Source: Candidatus Methylomirabilota bacterium (GTDB lineage Bacteria > Eisenbacteria > RBG-16-71-46). From it: DNA of 62,220 nucleotides. A model generated the notes under the pieces. The model ran no database searches. It was not told the DNA's origin and saw only the letters and a list, made by a program, of their open reading frames with translations. The translations under genes were made by a program, and so were the position numbers. This document shows positions 43,057 to 52,835 of the stretch, one piece after another (the stretch's first letter is position 1; every line of letters starts with the position of its first letter). The stretch lies in contig DATNFC010000162.1 in NCBI GenBank assembly GCA_035606545.1, positions 1-62,220 of the forward strand, written 5' to 3'.

Positions 43057-44625
43057 GTGACGACCGGGACGGACACGCCGGTCGCGAGGCTGCGCGCGCT
43101 GGTGCTGGACCCGCGTACGCACGCGACGTTGCTGACCGCGTGCGCGGCGCTCGTCCTGTTCGCGCGCGCCGGCGCCGGGCCGCTCCCGAACTACGACGAC
43201 GCCTACTACGCCGAGAAGGCGAAGCAGATGCTGAAGACCGGCGACTGGCTGACGCCACGATTCGCCGGCGTCGAGCGGCTCGACAATCCGCCGCTGTTTC
43301 TCTGGCTCATGGCGCTCTCGTTCGCCGTGCTGGGCGTGAACGCGTTCGCCGCCGTGCTGTGGAGCGCGCTCGCGGGCGTGGCGTGCGTGGCGCTCACGTA
43401 CCGCCTCGCCCGCCGCGTCGGGATGGAGCCGTTCGAGAGCTGGGCGGCCGCACTGGTGCTGCTCGCCACCGGCTACTTCCTGAAATACGCGAACCACGCC
43501 ATGTTCGACGTGTTCCTCACCGCGCTGTTCCTGCTCGCGCTGCTCGCGTACCGGCGCGCATGGGAGGGGGAGCGCGCCGCGTGGATCGCCGTTGGCGTGT
43601 TCACCGGGCTGGGTGTCCTGACGAAGAGCGCGCTGGGGCTGTTTCCCCTGATCGTGATCGCGGTGCACGTGAGCTGGTGCCGGCGCGTGACGCGCTCGCT
43701 CGCCACCGGCGCGTGGTGGGCACCGCTCGCGGCGGTCGCGGTGGTGCTGCCCTGGTACGGCATCCAGCTCGCCATGCACCGCGACGCGTTCTTGCGTGAG
43801 CACGTGGCGTGGCTGCTGTTTCAGCGCGGGTTCGGCACCGGCGGGGAAGCCACGTCACCCTGGTCGCCGTTCGGCTACGTCCGCGAGCTGCTGCTCACGT
43901 ACTGGCCGTGGCTCCCGGCCGCGGCGTACGGACTCTGGCTCGTGGCGCGCGAGTCGTTCGCGCCGGTGACCGTGTACACGTCGGCCAGTGCGCTGCCGCG
44001 CGAGTGGAAGCCGCGTGACAGCTCGCGGCTGCTGGTCGCGTGGCCCGTGGTCCTGGTCGTCATCCTGTCGGCGGCGCACGAGCAGAAGCTCTGGTACGCG
44101 ATGAGCGTGTTCCCCGCGCTGGCGCTGCTCTCGGCGCGCGCGCTCGGGACGTGGCTGCGGGACGAGCGCATGCGCACGCGCGCCCTGCTCGGCGGGTTCG
44201 CGCTCGCCGGCACGGCAGGCCTGGTGCTGGCGCTCACGCCGATCGGGCTTCCCGCGACGCGGCGTCCCGACATCCAGTTGCTCGCCGCCGCGGCGCGCTC
44301 GATGGTGCCGGAGGGCGAGACGATCGCGTTCGCCGGCGGCAATTACTTCTCGGTCGCGCACCAGTTCGTCTTCTACAGCGACCGCACGCTGGTGCAAAGC
44401 GGCGACGCGAAGAGCGGTGCGGCGGGAGTGCGGGCGGCGCTCGACCGCGGGCGCTGGGCGCTGGTCGCGCGCGATCGCTACGCCGGCGTCAGCGGCGGCG
44501 ATGCGCGCCGCTATCCGGCGGTGATCGCCGCCGGCGGCTGGATGCTGGTGCACGCCGCCCCGACACCGGCGGTGGTGCTCGGCCGCGCGGGTCCGGGCGC
44601 TTCGACCGCGATCAGCCGCGAGTGA
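43057..44625 (+). CDS. GT39/GT83-type membrane glycosyltransferase (ArnT/PMT-like)
   Basis: GTG 43057 follows GGGAG. Motifs: YDDAYYAEKAKQMLKTGDWLTPRF, NPPLFLWLMA. About 11 TM helices, then a soluble C-terminal domain. Confidence 0.85.
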   Translation: MTTGTDTPVARLRALVLDPRTHATLLTACAALVLFARAGAGPLPNYDDAYYAEKAKQMLKTGDWLTPRFAGVERLDNPPLFLWLMALSFAVLGVNAFAAVLWSALAGVACVALTYRLARRVGMEPFESWAAALVLLATGYFLKYANHAMFDVFLTALFLLALLAYRRAWEGERAAWIAVGVFTGLGVLTKSALGLFPLIVIAVHVSWCRRVTRSLATGAWWAPLAAVAVVLPWYGIQLAMHRDAFLREHVAWLLFQRGFGTGGEATSPWSPFGYVRELLLTYWPWLPAAAYGLWLVARESFAPVTVYTSASALPREWKPRDSSRLLVAWPVVLVVILSAAHEQKLWYAMSVFPALALLSARALGTWLRDERMRTRALLGGFALAGTAGLVLALTPIGLPATRRPDIQLLAAAARSMVPEGETIAFAGGNYFSVAHQFVFYSDRTLVQSGDAKSGAAGVRAALDRGRWALVARDRYAGVSGGDARRYPAVIAAGGWMLVHAAPTPAVVLGRAGPGASTAISRE

Positions 44626-45175
44626 CGGTCCGGGCGCGCGGGCGCTGGATCTTCGCTTCCCACGGCGGCGCCGGCGCGTCCATCAGCGTGGCGTAGCCCT
44701 TCGGCAGCTTGCCGAGCACGTCGAGCCGCACGTGCGCGAGCCCTGCCTGTGCGAACCCGAGCCGGCGCGCCGCGGCGGGCGTGACGTCGAGCACGCGGCC
44801 CCTCTTGAACGGGCCGCGGTCGTTGATGCGCACCACGACGCGGCGGCCGTTCTCCAGGTTCGTGACCCGTACGCGCGTGCCGAACGGTAGCGTGCGGTGC
44901 GCGGCGGTGAGGTCGTTCGGGTCCATGCGCTCCCCGCTCGCGGTGCGGCGGTGGAAGAACTCGCGACCGTAGTACGAGCACCAGCCGCTCTCGCGTTTCG
45001 CTTTCGCCGCGCGCTGCTTCACGGCGCGCGCGATCGCGTCGCCGGGAACGAGCGCACCGAGCGCGAACAGCGACAGCGTGAGCAACGCGGCGTACCGCTG
45101 CGCGCGCGCGAGCCGGGCGCCGGGTACGAAGACGCGTGGTGAGAAGGCGGAACCGGTGAGGGTGTGCAGCGCCAT
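44612..45175 (-). CDS. rlpA: RlpA-like (DPBB) septal-ring lytic transglycosylase family protein
   Basis: ATG 45175. Motifs: GWCSYYGREFFHRRTASGERMDPNDLTAAHRTLPFGTRVRVTNLENGRRVVVRINDRGPF. Its 3' end overlaps the convergent gene by 14 nt. Confidence 0.85.
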   Translation of the reverse strand: MALHTLTGSAFSPRVFVPGARLARAQRYAALLTLSLFALGALVPGDAIARAVKQRAAKAKRESGWCSYYGREFFHRRTASGERMDPNDLTAAHRTLPFGTRVRVTNLENGRRVVVRINDRGPFKRGRVLDVTPAAARRLGFAQAGLAHVRLDVLGKLPKGYATLMDAPAPPWEAKIQRPRARTVTRG

Positions 45176-45391
45176 GCACCGGTTATCGGCGACTTCCGCT
45201 TGCGCGCGACGCTTGGGGGCACGAATCGGCTTCCCGGCGCGCGCGATCCGTGCGAACCGCCACGCGGTGAATGCGCTCCTGCGCATGATGGGCTCGCGCC
45301 CGCTGGGTGGAACCCCGCACACGACGCATCACGCCCGACTTGGCACGCCCTGAACGCCTGCTGTCGGGCGCATGCTAGTGTCGTCGGGTCC

Positions 45392-46669
45392 ATGCCCCAC
45401 CGAACCCTGGTCGCACGCGTCGCCCTCGTCGCCCTGCTGCTTCCCACCGCGGCGGCGCACGCGCAGAAGCCACCCCAGAAGGCGTCGAAGCCACCCGCGA
45501 AGCAACCGGCGCGGCCCGACAGCGCGCTTCCTGAATCGCCGCCGGGGCCGCTCATCGTGACGCCGAAAGCGCCCCCGCCCGCCCCTGAGGACACCGCGCT
45601 CGCCGGTGCCCGGCGCCGTGCGCGCCAGGCGTACGCGCGCGGGATCGCGCTCGAACGGCAGGGGGCCTACGCGGCCGCGATCGTCTCCTACACCGAGGCC
45701 GCGCGCACCGACCCCACGCTCAGGGGGCCCAGCTTCCGCGTCGGCGAGTTGTTCGCGTGGAAGCACCAGTGGGATCCGGCCGCGCGCGCCTACCGCGAAG
45801 AGCTGCACCGCGACCCCGACAGCCGCGACGCCGCGCGCGAGTACGCGCTCATGCTCGTCGAGCTGGGCGACACCACGCGACCGGTGCGCATGCTCGAGGA
45901 GCTCACCCGCCGTGACGCGAACGACTCGAAGGCATGGCGGGCGCTCGGGTTTGCCTACGCTCGCCTCGGCCGGCTCGACGATGCCGAGCGCGCGATTCGC
46001 GGCTCGATCGCGCTCGATGCGAAGAGCGCCGCGGCGTGGCGCGACCTCGGCGTGATCTACGCCGAGCGGGGCGACGAGCGCGGGGCGCGCGACGCCTACC
46101 GCCGCGCGCTCGCGATCGACCCGAATGAGCTGCCCACGATCATCAACCTCGCGAACCTCGAGGGCCGCTCGGGGAATCACGAAGCGGCGCTCGCGCGCTA
46201 TCGCGAGGCGGCGCAGCGCGACTCCACGTACCTCGACGCCTACCGCGGGCAGATCCGCGAGCTGGTGGTGCTGGGCCGCGAGGAGGATGCGGGCGCGGTG
46301 TGGAAGCGCTGGCTTGCGGTGGCGCCCGACGACGAGGTGCGCGAGGGCGCGGCACGCCACTACGTGCGCCAGGGCCGCACCGACATCGCGATGGAGATCG
46401 CGCGCAACGCGGTGCGCGACGCGCCGCGCGCCGGCGAGCCGCGCTGGCTCCTCGGCGAGGTGCAGCTCGCGGCCGGCGACACCGTGGCCGCACTCGGCTC
46501 GTACCGTGACGCGTGGATGCGCTACAAGCAGACCAGCGACCGTGCGCGTGCCGAGGCGAGCATCGCCGCGCTGCGCGCGGCCGCGCGTTCCGACACGCTG
46601 CGCGCGCGGCTCGCCGCCGACAGCATGCGCTACGCGCGCGCCGACACCACGAACGTGGGCGCCCGGTGA
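45392..46669 (+). CDS. Secreted TPR-repeat protein
   Basis: ATG 45392. Signal VARVALVALLLPTAAAHA. Repeated 34-aa TPR-like units (AWRALGFAYARLGRLDDAERAIRGSIALD, AWRDLGVIYAERGDERGARDAYRRALAIDP). Confidence 0.8.
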   Translation: MPHRTLVARVALVALLLPTAAAHAQKPPQKASKPPAKQPARPDSALPESPPGPLIVTPKAPPPAPEDTALAGARRRARQAYARGIALERQGAYAAAIVSYTEAARTDPTLRGPSFRVGELFAWKHQWDPAARAYREELHRDPDSRDAAREYALMLVELGDTTRPVRMLEELTRRDANDSKAWRALGFAYARLGRLDDAERAIRGSIALDAKSAAAWRDLGVIYAERGDERGARDAYRRALAIDPNELPTIINLANLEGRSGNHEAALARYREAAQRDSTYLDAYRGQIRELVVLGREEDAGAVWKRWLAVAPDDEVREGAARHYVRQGRTDIAMEIARNAVRDAPRAGEPRWLLGEVQLAAGDTVAALGSYRDAWMRYKQTSDRARAEASIAALRAAARSDTLRARLAADSMRYARADTTNVGAR

Positions 46670-46712
46670 CTGGTCGCAACGTCATGCGTGCGCTAGCGTG
46701 CGGTCAAAGCCA

Positions 46713-47732
46713 ATGAACGCTCCCACCCGCAAGCTCTGGTTCGCCGCTCCGCGCGGCTTCTGCGCCGGCGTGGACCGCGCCATCGACATCGTGGACATGG
46801 CGCTCCAGGTCTACGGTGCGCCGATCTACGTGCGGCACGAGATCGTGCACAACCGTCACGTGGTCGAGGATCTGCGCCGCAAGGGCGCGGTGTTCACCGA
46901 CGACCTCGCCGACGTGCCGCACGGCGCCGTGGTCATCTTCTCCGCGCACGGCGTGTCGCCCGCGGTGCGCGCCGAGGCGCGCGAACGCGGCCTGCGCGCG
47001 CTGGACGCCACCTGCCCGCTCGTCACCAAGGTGCACCTGGAAGCACTCAAGTACGCGAAGCAGGGCTACTCGATCGTGCTCGTGGGCCACCGCCAGCACG
47101 TCGAGGTCATCGGCACGCTCGGCGAGGCCCCCGACGCGATCGTGGTCTGCGAGTCCGTGGCGGAGGTGGAGAAGCTCGAGCTGCCCGATCCCGACCGGGT
47201 TGCGTACATCACGCAGACCACGCTGTCGCTCGACGACTGCGCCGCGATCGTGGGCGCGTTGAAGCGCCGGTACCCGAACGTGAAGGAGCCGGCGAAGGAC
47301 GACATCTGCTACGCGACGCAGAACCGGCAGAACGCGGTGAAGCGCATGGCACCCGAATGTCGCACCGTGCTCGTGGTGGGAGCGCCGACGAGCAGCAACG
47401 CGAACCGCCTGGTCGAGGTCGCGGCGGCGCTGGGCGCGAAGGCGTACCTGATCGAAGGCCCGGAGGAGATCCAGGCCGGGTGGCTGGACGGCGACGTCGG
47501 TTTGACGGCGGGGGCGTCCACGCCCGAGTCCGTGGTGCAGGCGTGCGTCGACCGCGTGTGCGCGCTCGGGCCGTACGTGGTGGAGCCGTTCACGCTGGTC
47601 GAGGAGCGGATCATGTTCCCGCTCCCCTCCGAGCTGCTCGCGGTGGCGCAGCAGAAGGGCGTCGCGGTGGGGGCGGGCAACGAGCGCGCCGCAGAGCGCG
47701 CAGCGGCGGAGTTCCGCATCCGCCATCATTGA
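46713..47732 (+). CDS. ispH: 4-hydroxy-3-methylbut-2-enyl diphosphate reductase
   Basis: Motifs: PRGFCAGVDRAI, VRHEIVHN, SAHGVSP, DATCPLVTKVH, VGHRQHVEV, QTTLS, ICYATQNRQ, SSNANRL. Confidence 0.95.
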   Translation: MNAPTRKLWFAAPRGFCAGVDRAIDIVDMALQVYGAPIYVRHEIVHNRHVVEDLRRKGAVFTDDLADVPHGAVVIFSAHGVSPAVRAEARERGLRALDATCPLVTKVHLEALKYAKQGYSIVLVGHRQHVEVIGTLGEAPDAIVVCESVAEVEKLELPDPDRVAYITQTTLSLDDCAAIVGALKRRYPNVKEPAKDDICYATQNRQNAVKRMAPECRTVLVVGAPTSSNANRLVEVAAALGAKAYLIEGPEEIQAGWLDGDVGLTAGASTPESVVQACVDRVCALGPYVVEPFTLVEERIMFPLPSELLAVAQQKGVAVGAGNERAAERAAAEFRIRHH

Positions 47733-47899
47733 TCCCGGGTGGCGGCCGCCGCCTCGCGTCGTGCTTGGGGGGCACTCGCTTCGGGGGACGTTCGTCGGGG
47801 CCATCCTGGCCCCTCCTCACTCGTCTGGGAACGCGCTCCGCCGTCCATGGCTCCCGCGCGTTCCCAGGCGCCCCCTGTGCTCGACCCCCCTGCGCACGC

Positions 47900-47922
47900 C
47901 GCGAGGCGGCGGCCGCCTCGCG
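47900..47922 (-). terminator. Hairpin next to the methyltransferase stop
   Basis: CGCGAGGCGG-CGG-CCGCCTCGCG: a 10-bp stem ending 5 nt from the stop at 47927. A related GCCGCCTCGCGTC string occurs at 47748-47760, just after ispH. Confidence 0.35.
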
Positions 47923-47926
47923 TCAT

Positions 47927-48523
47927 TCAGCCGCGCCGGCGGGCGACCAGCTGCACCACGCTGCTCATGCCGCGGTGGCGATGGCCTTCCAGCACCTCGC
48001 GATCGACCTCGCGCGCGATGACGAACTCGAGCGTGGGCAATTCACGCCGCAGCCGCTCGAGGTTCACCATACGCTCGTCTTCGGGCGGGCCGCCGGTGCC
48101 GCGGCCGATCTGTTCGGGGCGGTAGGCCTCGAGCAGGAACACGCCGCCGGGGGCAAGGCCGCGTTCGACCTGCGCGTGCGTGCGCGCGCGGATGTCGCCG
48201 GCGACGTGCGCGTAGATGCTGACGATGCCCGCCCAGGCACCTGGCTCGATCTCGAACTCCGCCAAGTCGGCGCGCACGGTGGTGATCTTCACGCCGCGCT
48301 TGGCGGCGAGCTGGCGTGCGCCCTCGAGGCCGAACGCGGACTGGTCCATCGCGGTCACGTCGTGGCCGCCCTGCGCCAGCCACACCGCGTTCCGCCCCTG
48401 GCCCTCGGCCAGGCACAGCACGCGCCCCGGCGGCAGCTGGTGCGCCTGCTCGCGCAGGAAGTCGTTCGGCTCGGTGCCGAATGCCCAGCCCTCTTCGGCG
48501 TAGCGCGCGTCCCAATCGGTCAT
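47927..48523 (-). CDS. Small class I SAM-dependent methyltransferase (TehB/TPMT-like size)
   Basis: ATG 48523. Motifs: WDARYAEEGWAFGTEPN, RVLCLAEGQGRNAVWLA, GGVFLLEAY. Confidence 0.8.
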   Translation of the reverse strand: MTDWDARYAEEGWAFGTEPNDFLREQAHQLPPGRVLCLAEGQGRNAVWLAQGGHDVTAMDQSAFGLEGARQLAAKRGVKITTVRADLAEFEIEPGAWAGIVSIYAHVAGDIRARTHAQVERGLAPGGVFLLEAYRPEQIGRGTGGPPEDERMVNLERLRRELPTLEFVIAREVDREVLEGHRHRGMSSVVQLVARRRG

Positions 48524-48596
48524 GGCGGCGCAGCATAGGACATGCGCGCGCGCCGCGTTTGACCGTGCGCGAGCGCTGCGCCACCTTCCGTGCCCC

Positions 48597-49391
48597 ATGC
48601 TCACGACGCGCGCGTTGCTCCTGCCCAGCGTGCCCACGATGCTCATCGATGAGCAGCGGGGCGACTTCACCGAGATGATCGAGGCCGTGACCGCGGCCGG
48701 CGAGCGGCTCGCCTCGGAGAAGCCCGACGCGCTGGTGGCGCTGAGTGCGCGCTGGGTGAGCGCGGGCCCGTTCCACGCCGACGATGCGCGCGCCCACCGG
48801 AGCGTCATCGACCTTCCCGGCTTCGGCGTCGAGCCGCGCTACGACTGCCCCGGTCACCCGGCGCTCGCGCGCTCGGTCGTGGAGCATGCGACCCGCGCCG
48901 GCGTGCGCGCCGCGTGTGCGCGCCGTGGCACCGACACCGCGCTCTCGGTGCCGCTCCACTTCCTCGTGCGCGGCCGGCAGCTTCCGGTGGTCCCGTTGTC
49001 GCTCGCGGACGCGCCGCGCGCCGAGCACCGCGCCTGGGGCGAGGCGATCCGCCACGCGCTCGAGAAGCGCCCCGAGCGCGTGGCGTTCGTGGTCGGCGGA
49101 GCGCTTGCGTTCAACCTGCATGCGTTCAATCTGCGTCGGGATCTCGACGAAGCGAGAGAGTTGGACGAGCGCGTCTTGAATTCTCTGAAGCTCGGTAAGT
49201 GGGGCGCGCTCGCCGAGCTGGAGCCGCCGCTGCTCGAGAAGGCGCAGCCCGAGGCGGAGCTTCGCCATCTGGAAGTGCTCCGCGGCTTCCTGCTCGGCGA
49301 CCTGCGCGGTCGCGTGCTCGAGCACGAGACGTCGCCGGGCCTGGGCACCGCGCTCGTGGAGTTCACGCTCGATCCCAACGCCGCCGGCTGA
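48597..49391 (+). CDS. LigB/class III extradiol dioxygenase subunit B-like family protein
   Basis: ATG 48597. PDALVALSARW...ALSVPLHFL...LPVVPLSL...RVAFVVGGALAFNLH resembles the LigB-fold layout. The catalytic residues are not confidently seen. Confidence 0.5.
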   Translation: MLTTRALLLPSVPTMLIDEQRGDFTEMIEAVTAAGERLASEKPDALVALSARWVSAGPFHADDARAHRSVIDLPGFGVEPRYDCPGHPALARSVVEHATRAGVRAACARRGTDTALSVPLHFLVRGRQLPVVPLSLADAPRAEHRAWGEAIRHALEKRPERVAFVVGGALAFNLHAFNLRRDLDEARELDERVLNSLKLGKWGALAELEPPLLEKAQPEAELRHLEVLRGFLLGDLRGRVLEHETSPGLGTALVEFTLDPNAAG

Positions 49392-49403
49392 GCGACCTTC
49401 CCG

Positions 49404-50621
49404 ATGCGCGTGCTCATGCTCAACGCGTTCCACTGGCTCAAAGGTGGCGTCGAGCGCACCGTGTTCGACGAGACCGCATGGCTCGGGCGCGCGGGGCACG
49501 AGGTGGCGCACTTCGCGATCCAGGACGCGAGGAACGTGCCGTCGCCGTTCGCGAAGCATTTCGCGCCCGCGGCCGACTACAGCGAGTCGACGCCGGCGTG
49601 GCGGCAGCTCGCGCAGCTCCCGCGCGCGATCTGGTCGGCGCCCGCCGAGCACGCGCTCGAGGGATTGCTCACCGCGTGGCGGCCCGACGTGGCGCACGTG
49701 CACGCGCCGAGCCGGTACCTGACGCCGTCGGTGATCGCCGGGCTCGAGCGCGCGCGCATCCCCGTGGTGATGACGCTCCACGACTTCAAGCCCTGGTGCA
49801 CGAACCGCGTGTTGTTCGCGCGCGGCGAGGTGTGCGAGCGCTGCAAGGGCGGGCAGCACTGGCACGCGGTGAGCGTGGGCTGCGTCCAGCGCTCGCGGGC
49901 GAAGAGCCTGGTCGGCGCGCTCGAGGCCTACGACCACGACCGGCGCGGGGCGTACCGGCCGGTGCGCCGCTGGATCGCGCCGTCGCAGTTCGTACGCGGG
50001 AAAGCCGTGGAGCTGGGCGCCGACGCCGCGCGCGTGCGCGTGCTCGTGCACGGCGTCACGCCGGCGGCGCCGGCGGCCTCGGGCGTGCCGGAGCTGCCCG
50101 AGCGCTACGTGCTCTACGCCGGGCGGCTCGCCGATGAGAAAGGTGTGCGCATGCTGCCGGCGCTCGCGCGCGGCATCGCGCCCACGCCGCTCGTGGTCGC
50201 GGGCGGCGGACCGCTCGCGGGCTGGCTCGCGCGGCACGCCGCAGCCGGCGTGCGGACGCTGGGCCACCTCGGAACACAGGAGCTCGCACACGTGCGCGCG
50301 CGCTCCGCGGTGGTCGTGGTGCCGAGCCTGTTCCCGGAGACGTTCGGCTACGCCGTGGCCGAGGCGCAGCTCGATGCGCGTGCGGTGATCGCGTCGCGGA
50401 TCGGGGCGCTCACCGAGCTCGTGGAGCACGAGGTCAGCGGGTTGCTCGTTTCGCCGGGCGACGAGCCGGCGCTGGTCGCGGCCGCACGACGCGCGCTTGC
50501 GGAACCGGCAGTGGCGCAACGCTGGGGCGAGACGGCGCGCGCACGGGCGCGCGCGGCGCACGATCCCGAGGCACACACGCGCGGACTCGCCGCCGTCTAT
50601 CAAGAGGCGATGCAGGGGTGA
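49404..50621 (+). CDS. GT4-family glycosyltransferase
   Basis: Motifs: GGVERTVFDE, HVHAPS, YAGRLADEKG, VVPSLFPETFGYAVAEAQ, SGLLV. Confidence 0.88.
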   Translation: MRVLMLNAFHWLKGGVERTVFDETAWLGRAGHEVAHFAIQDARNVPSPFAKHFAPAADYSESTPAWRQLAQLPRAIWSAPAEHALEGLLTAWRPDVAHVHAPSRYLTPSVIAGLERARIPVVMTLHDFKPWCTNRVLFARGEVCERCKGGQHWHAVSVGCVQRSRAKSLVGALEAYDHDRRGAYRPVRRWIAPSQFVRGKAVELGADAARVRVLVHGVTPAAPAASGVPELPERYVLYAGRLADEKGVRMLPALARGIAPTPLVVAGGGPLAGWLARHAAAGVRTLGHLGTQELAHVRARSAVVVVPSLFPETFGYAVAEAQLDARAVIASRIGALTELVEHEVSGLLVSPGDEPALVAAARRALAEPAVAQRWGETARARARAAHDPEAHTRGLAAVYQEAMQG

Positions 50622-50680
50622 CGCTGGGCGTGCGTGGCGCTATCTTCTCTGTCCAATCCAACCCCCAGAGGAGGTGCTGA

Positions 50681-51277
50681 ATGCGCAAGGGTCTTCTGGT
50701 CCTGTCGCTCGCCGCGCTGCTCGTCCCGGCGTGGGCGGCCGCGCAGGACATGCCCGCCGGCATCCGCGGCGAGATCATCGCGTCGATGAAGGATGCGGGC
50801 AGCAAGATCGAAGAGCTGGCCGGCGCGATTCCCGACGGCAAGTACACGTGGAAGCCGAGCAAGGACGTGCGCTCCACCGGCCAGGTGTTCCTGCACGTGG
50901 TGGCGGCGAACTACCTGATCCCGTCGTTCATCGGCATCCAGCCGACGATGAGCAAGGACGAGCTGATGAAGCTCGACTCGCAGACGATGGAGCCGGCGAA
51001 GATCCGGCAGATGCTCAAGGAGTCCTACGAGTGGGCGGAGAAGGCGGTCGCGGACACGCCGGACAGCGACCTGGATACGCCGGTCGAGTTCTTCGGCATG
51101 AAGTGGACGAAGCGCTCGGCGATGTTGCTGCTCGCGTCCCACTCACACGAGCACCTCGGTCAGTCGATCGCGTACGCGCGCTCGAACAACATCGTGCCGC
51201 CGTGGACGGCGCGCGAGCTGGCGGATAAGAAGAAGAAGGCGGACGAGAAGAAGGCCGCGGAGAAGACCGGGAAGTAA
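50681..51277 (+). CDS. Secreted DinB-family protein with a Lys-rich tail
   Basis: Signal LLVLSLAALLVPAWAAAQ. Motifs: STGQVFLHVVAANY, ASHSHEHLGQSIAYAR. Tail is DKKKKADEKKAAEKTGK. Confidence 0.75.
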   Translation: MRKGLLVLSLAALLVPAWAAAQDMPAGIRGEIIASMKDAGSKIEELAGAIPDGKYTWKPSKDVRSTGQVFLHVVAANYLIPSFIGIQPTMSKDELMKLDSQTMEPAKIRQMLKESYEWAEKAVADTPDSDLDTPVEFFGMKWTKRSAMLLLASHSHEHLGQSIAYARSNNIVPPWTARELADKKKKADEKKAAEKTGK

Positions 51278-51330
51278 CGCCGCGAATCGCCTGGGGCACG
51301 GCGGAGCACGCCGTGCCCCGGCGCTGCTGC

Positions 51331-51900
51331 TCAGCGCTGGGCGCCGAACTCCCAGCGCGCCATCCCGTCCTCGAGCGGCACGCCGAGCGCCGACGCGACG
51401 CGGTTGACGAGGTTGTAGAGCGCCGCGATCTCGGTGAGCTTGAGGATCGAGCCGTCGTCGAAGCCGTATTCGCGCAGCCGCTCGACGTCGGCGTTCGTGC
51501 GCTCCGCGGGCTCGCAGGTGAGCGCCACCGCGGCATCCAGCAACACGCGGTCGCGCGCGGCGAGGTTCGCCTCGCGATAGTCGAGCGCCACCGCGCGCGC
51601 CAGTGGCTCGCCCGCGAGCGCCGCGAGCCGCGGACCGTGGTGCGCGACGCAGTACTCGCTGCCGTTCGTGGCTGAGACCACGAGCGCGATCATCTCGGCC
51701 TGCGCCCTGGTGAGCGGCGCCGGATCCCCCATGAGCGAGCGGTAGTGCGCGTGCAGCGTCTCGAGTCCGGGCGGGTCGCCGCCGAGGGCCTGCCACAGGT
51801 TCGAGACGCGGCCCCACTTCGAGAACGAGGCGGTCTTCTCGTACGTGCCCGCGAGCGCCGGGCCGGCCTGCGCCGGCGGCACGCTCTTGATCCAGGTCAT
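51331..51900 (-). CDS. Carboxymuconolactone decarboxylase/AhpD-like (CMD) family protein
   Basis: ATG 51900. Motifs: ALVVSATNGSEYCVAHH (CxxH), EIAALYNLVNR. Confidence 0.8.
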   Translation of the reverse strand: MTWIKSVPPAQAGPALAGTYEKTASFSKWGRVSNLWQALGGDPPGLETLHAHYRSLMGDPAPLTRAQAEMIALVVSATNGSEYCVAHHGPRLAALAGEPLARAVALDYREANLAARDRVLLDAAVALTCEPAERTNADVERLREYGFDDGSILKLTEIAALYNLVNRVASALGVPLEDGMARWEFGAQR

Positions 51901-51941
51901 CCGGCCTCCCAATGGGTGAGGCCGCAAAGACTAGTGGACCT

Positions 51942-52835
51942 TCACTCCTCGTGCATCCGCACGGTCACGGCCTCGAGCGACGCGGGCAGGTGCATGCGCC
52001 AGTACTTCCAGTCGTGCGTGCCCGGGAACTCGTGGTAGCTGTGGGCGACGCCCAACTTCGTGAGCATGGCGTCGAACTCGCGGTTCTGGGCGGCGCTCTC
52101 GTCGTTGGCGCCGCAGTCGAAGTAGATCACCGGCGGGTCCAGGTGCGGCAGCACCTCGGGTGCGTAGACGAGCGGGCTGTGCGCCGCGAGCAGCTTCGTC
52201 GCCCCCGGCTCGGGGCCGACCACACCGCCCATGCCCATGCCGCGCTCGAGCCGCAGGTCGGCACTGTGGCTGCCGGCGGCACTGAACAGGTCCGGGTGCT
52301 GGAGCACGAGGTTGATTGCGGCGGTGCCGCCGTCCGAGAGCCCGACGACGCCGCGGCTCTCCGGTGAGCGGATGGTGCGGAACGTGGAGTCCACCCACGG
52401 CACGAGGCGGTGGGTGAGGAACGCCTCCATGCGCGACGAGCCGTCGTACGAATCCATCCACAGCGAGCGGCCGAGAAACCCCCTGCCGTTGCCGTTCGGG
52501 AACACGAGCACCACCGGCGGGATGCGACCGCTGGCGATCAGCGAGTCGGCGGTGACCGCGGCCCGGCCCATGCCCGGCCAGTTGCCCTCGGAGCCGGGCC
52601 AGCCATGGAGCAGATAGACCGCCGGGTAGCGGCGGCCCGCGGCGGCGGATTCGGCGTAACCGGCCGGCGTGTAGACGCGGACCGAGCGGTGCGTGTCGTT
52701 CAGCTCCGGCGCGTCGATCTCGTAGCGCGTGAGCGTGCCGCGCGTGGCTGCGGGCGGCGCCGGCGCGGCCGCGGCGTCCGCCAACAGCGTCGGCCGCGAC
52801 TGCAGCGCGGCAGCGAGCGCGAACGCGGCGATCAC
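51942..52835 (-). CDS. Secreted alpha/beta-hydrolase esterase (PF00756-like)
   Basis: GTG 52835 forms a GTGA overlap with the upstream stop. Signal MIAAFALAAALQ. Motifs: YPAVYLLHGWPGSEGNW, nucleophile elbow VVGLSDGG, GTHDWKYW. Confidence 0.8.
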   Translation of the reverse strand: MIAAFALAAALQSRPTLLADAAAAPAPPAATRGTLTRYEIDAPELNDTHRSVRVYTPAGYAESAAAGRRYPAVYLLHGWPGSEGNWPGMGRAAVTADSLIASGRIPPVVLVFPNGNGRGFLGRSLWMDSYDGSSRMEAFLTHRLVPWVDSTFRTIRSPESRGVVGLSDGGTAAINLVLQHPDLFSAAGSHSADLRLERGMGMGGVVGPEPGATKLLAAHSPLVYAPEVLPHLDPPVIYFDCGANDESAAQNREFDAMLTKLGVAHSYHEFPGTHDWKYWRMHLPASLEAVTVRMHEE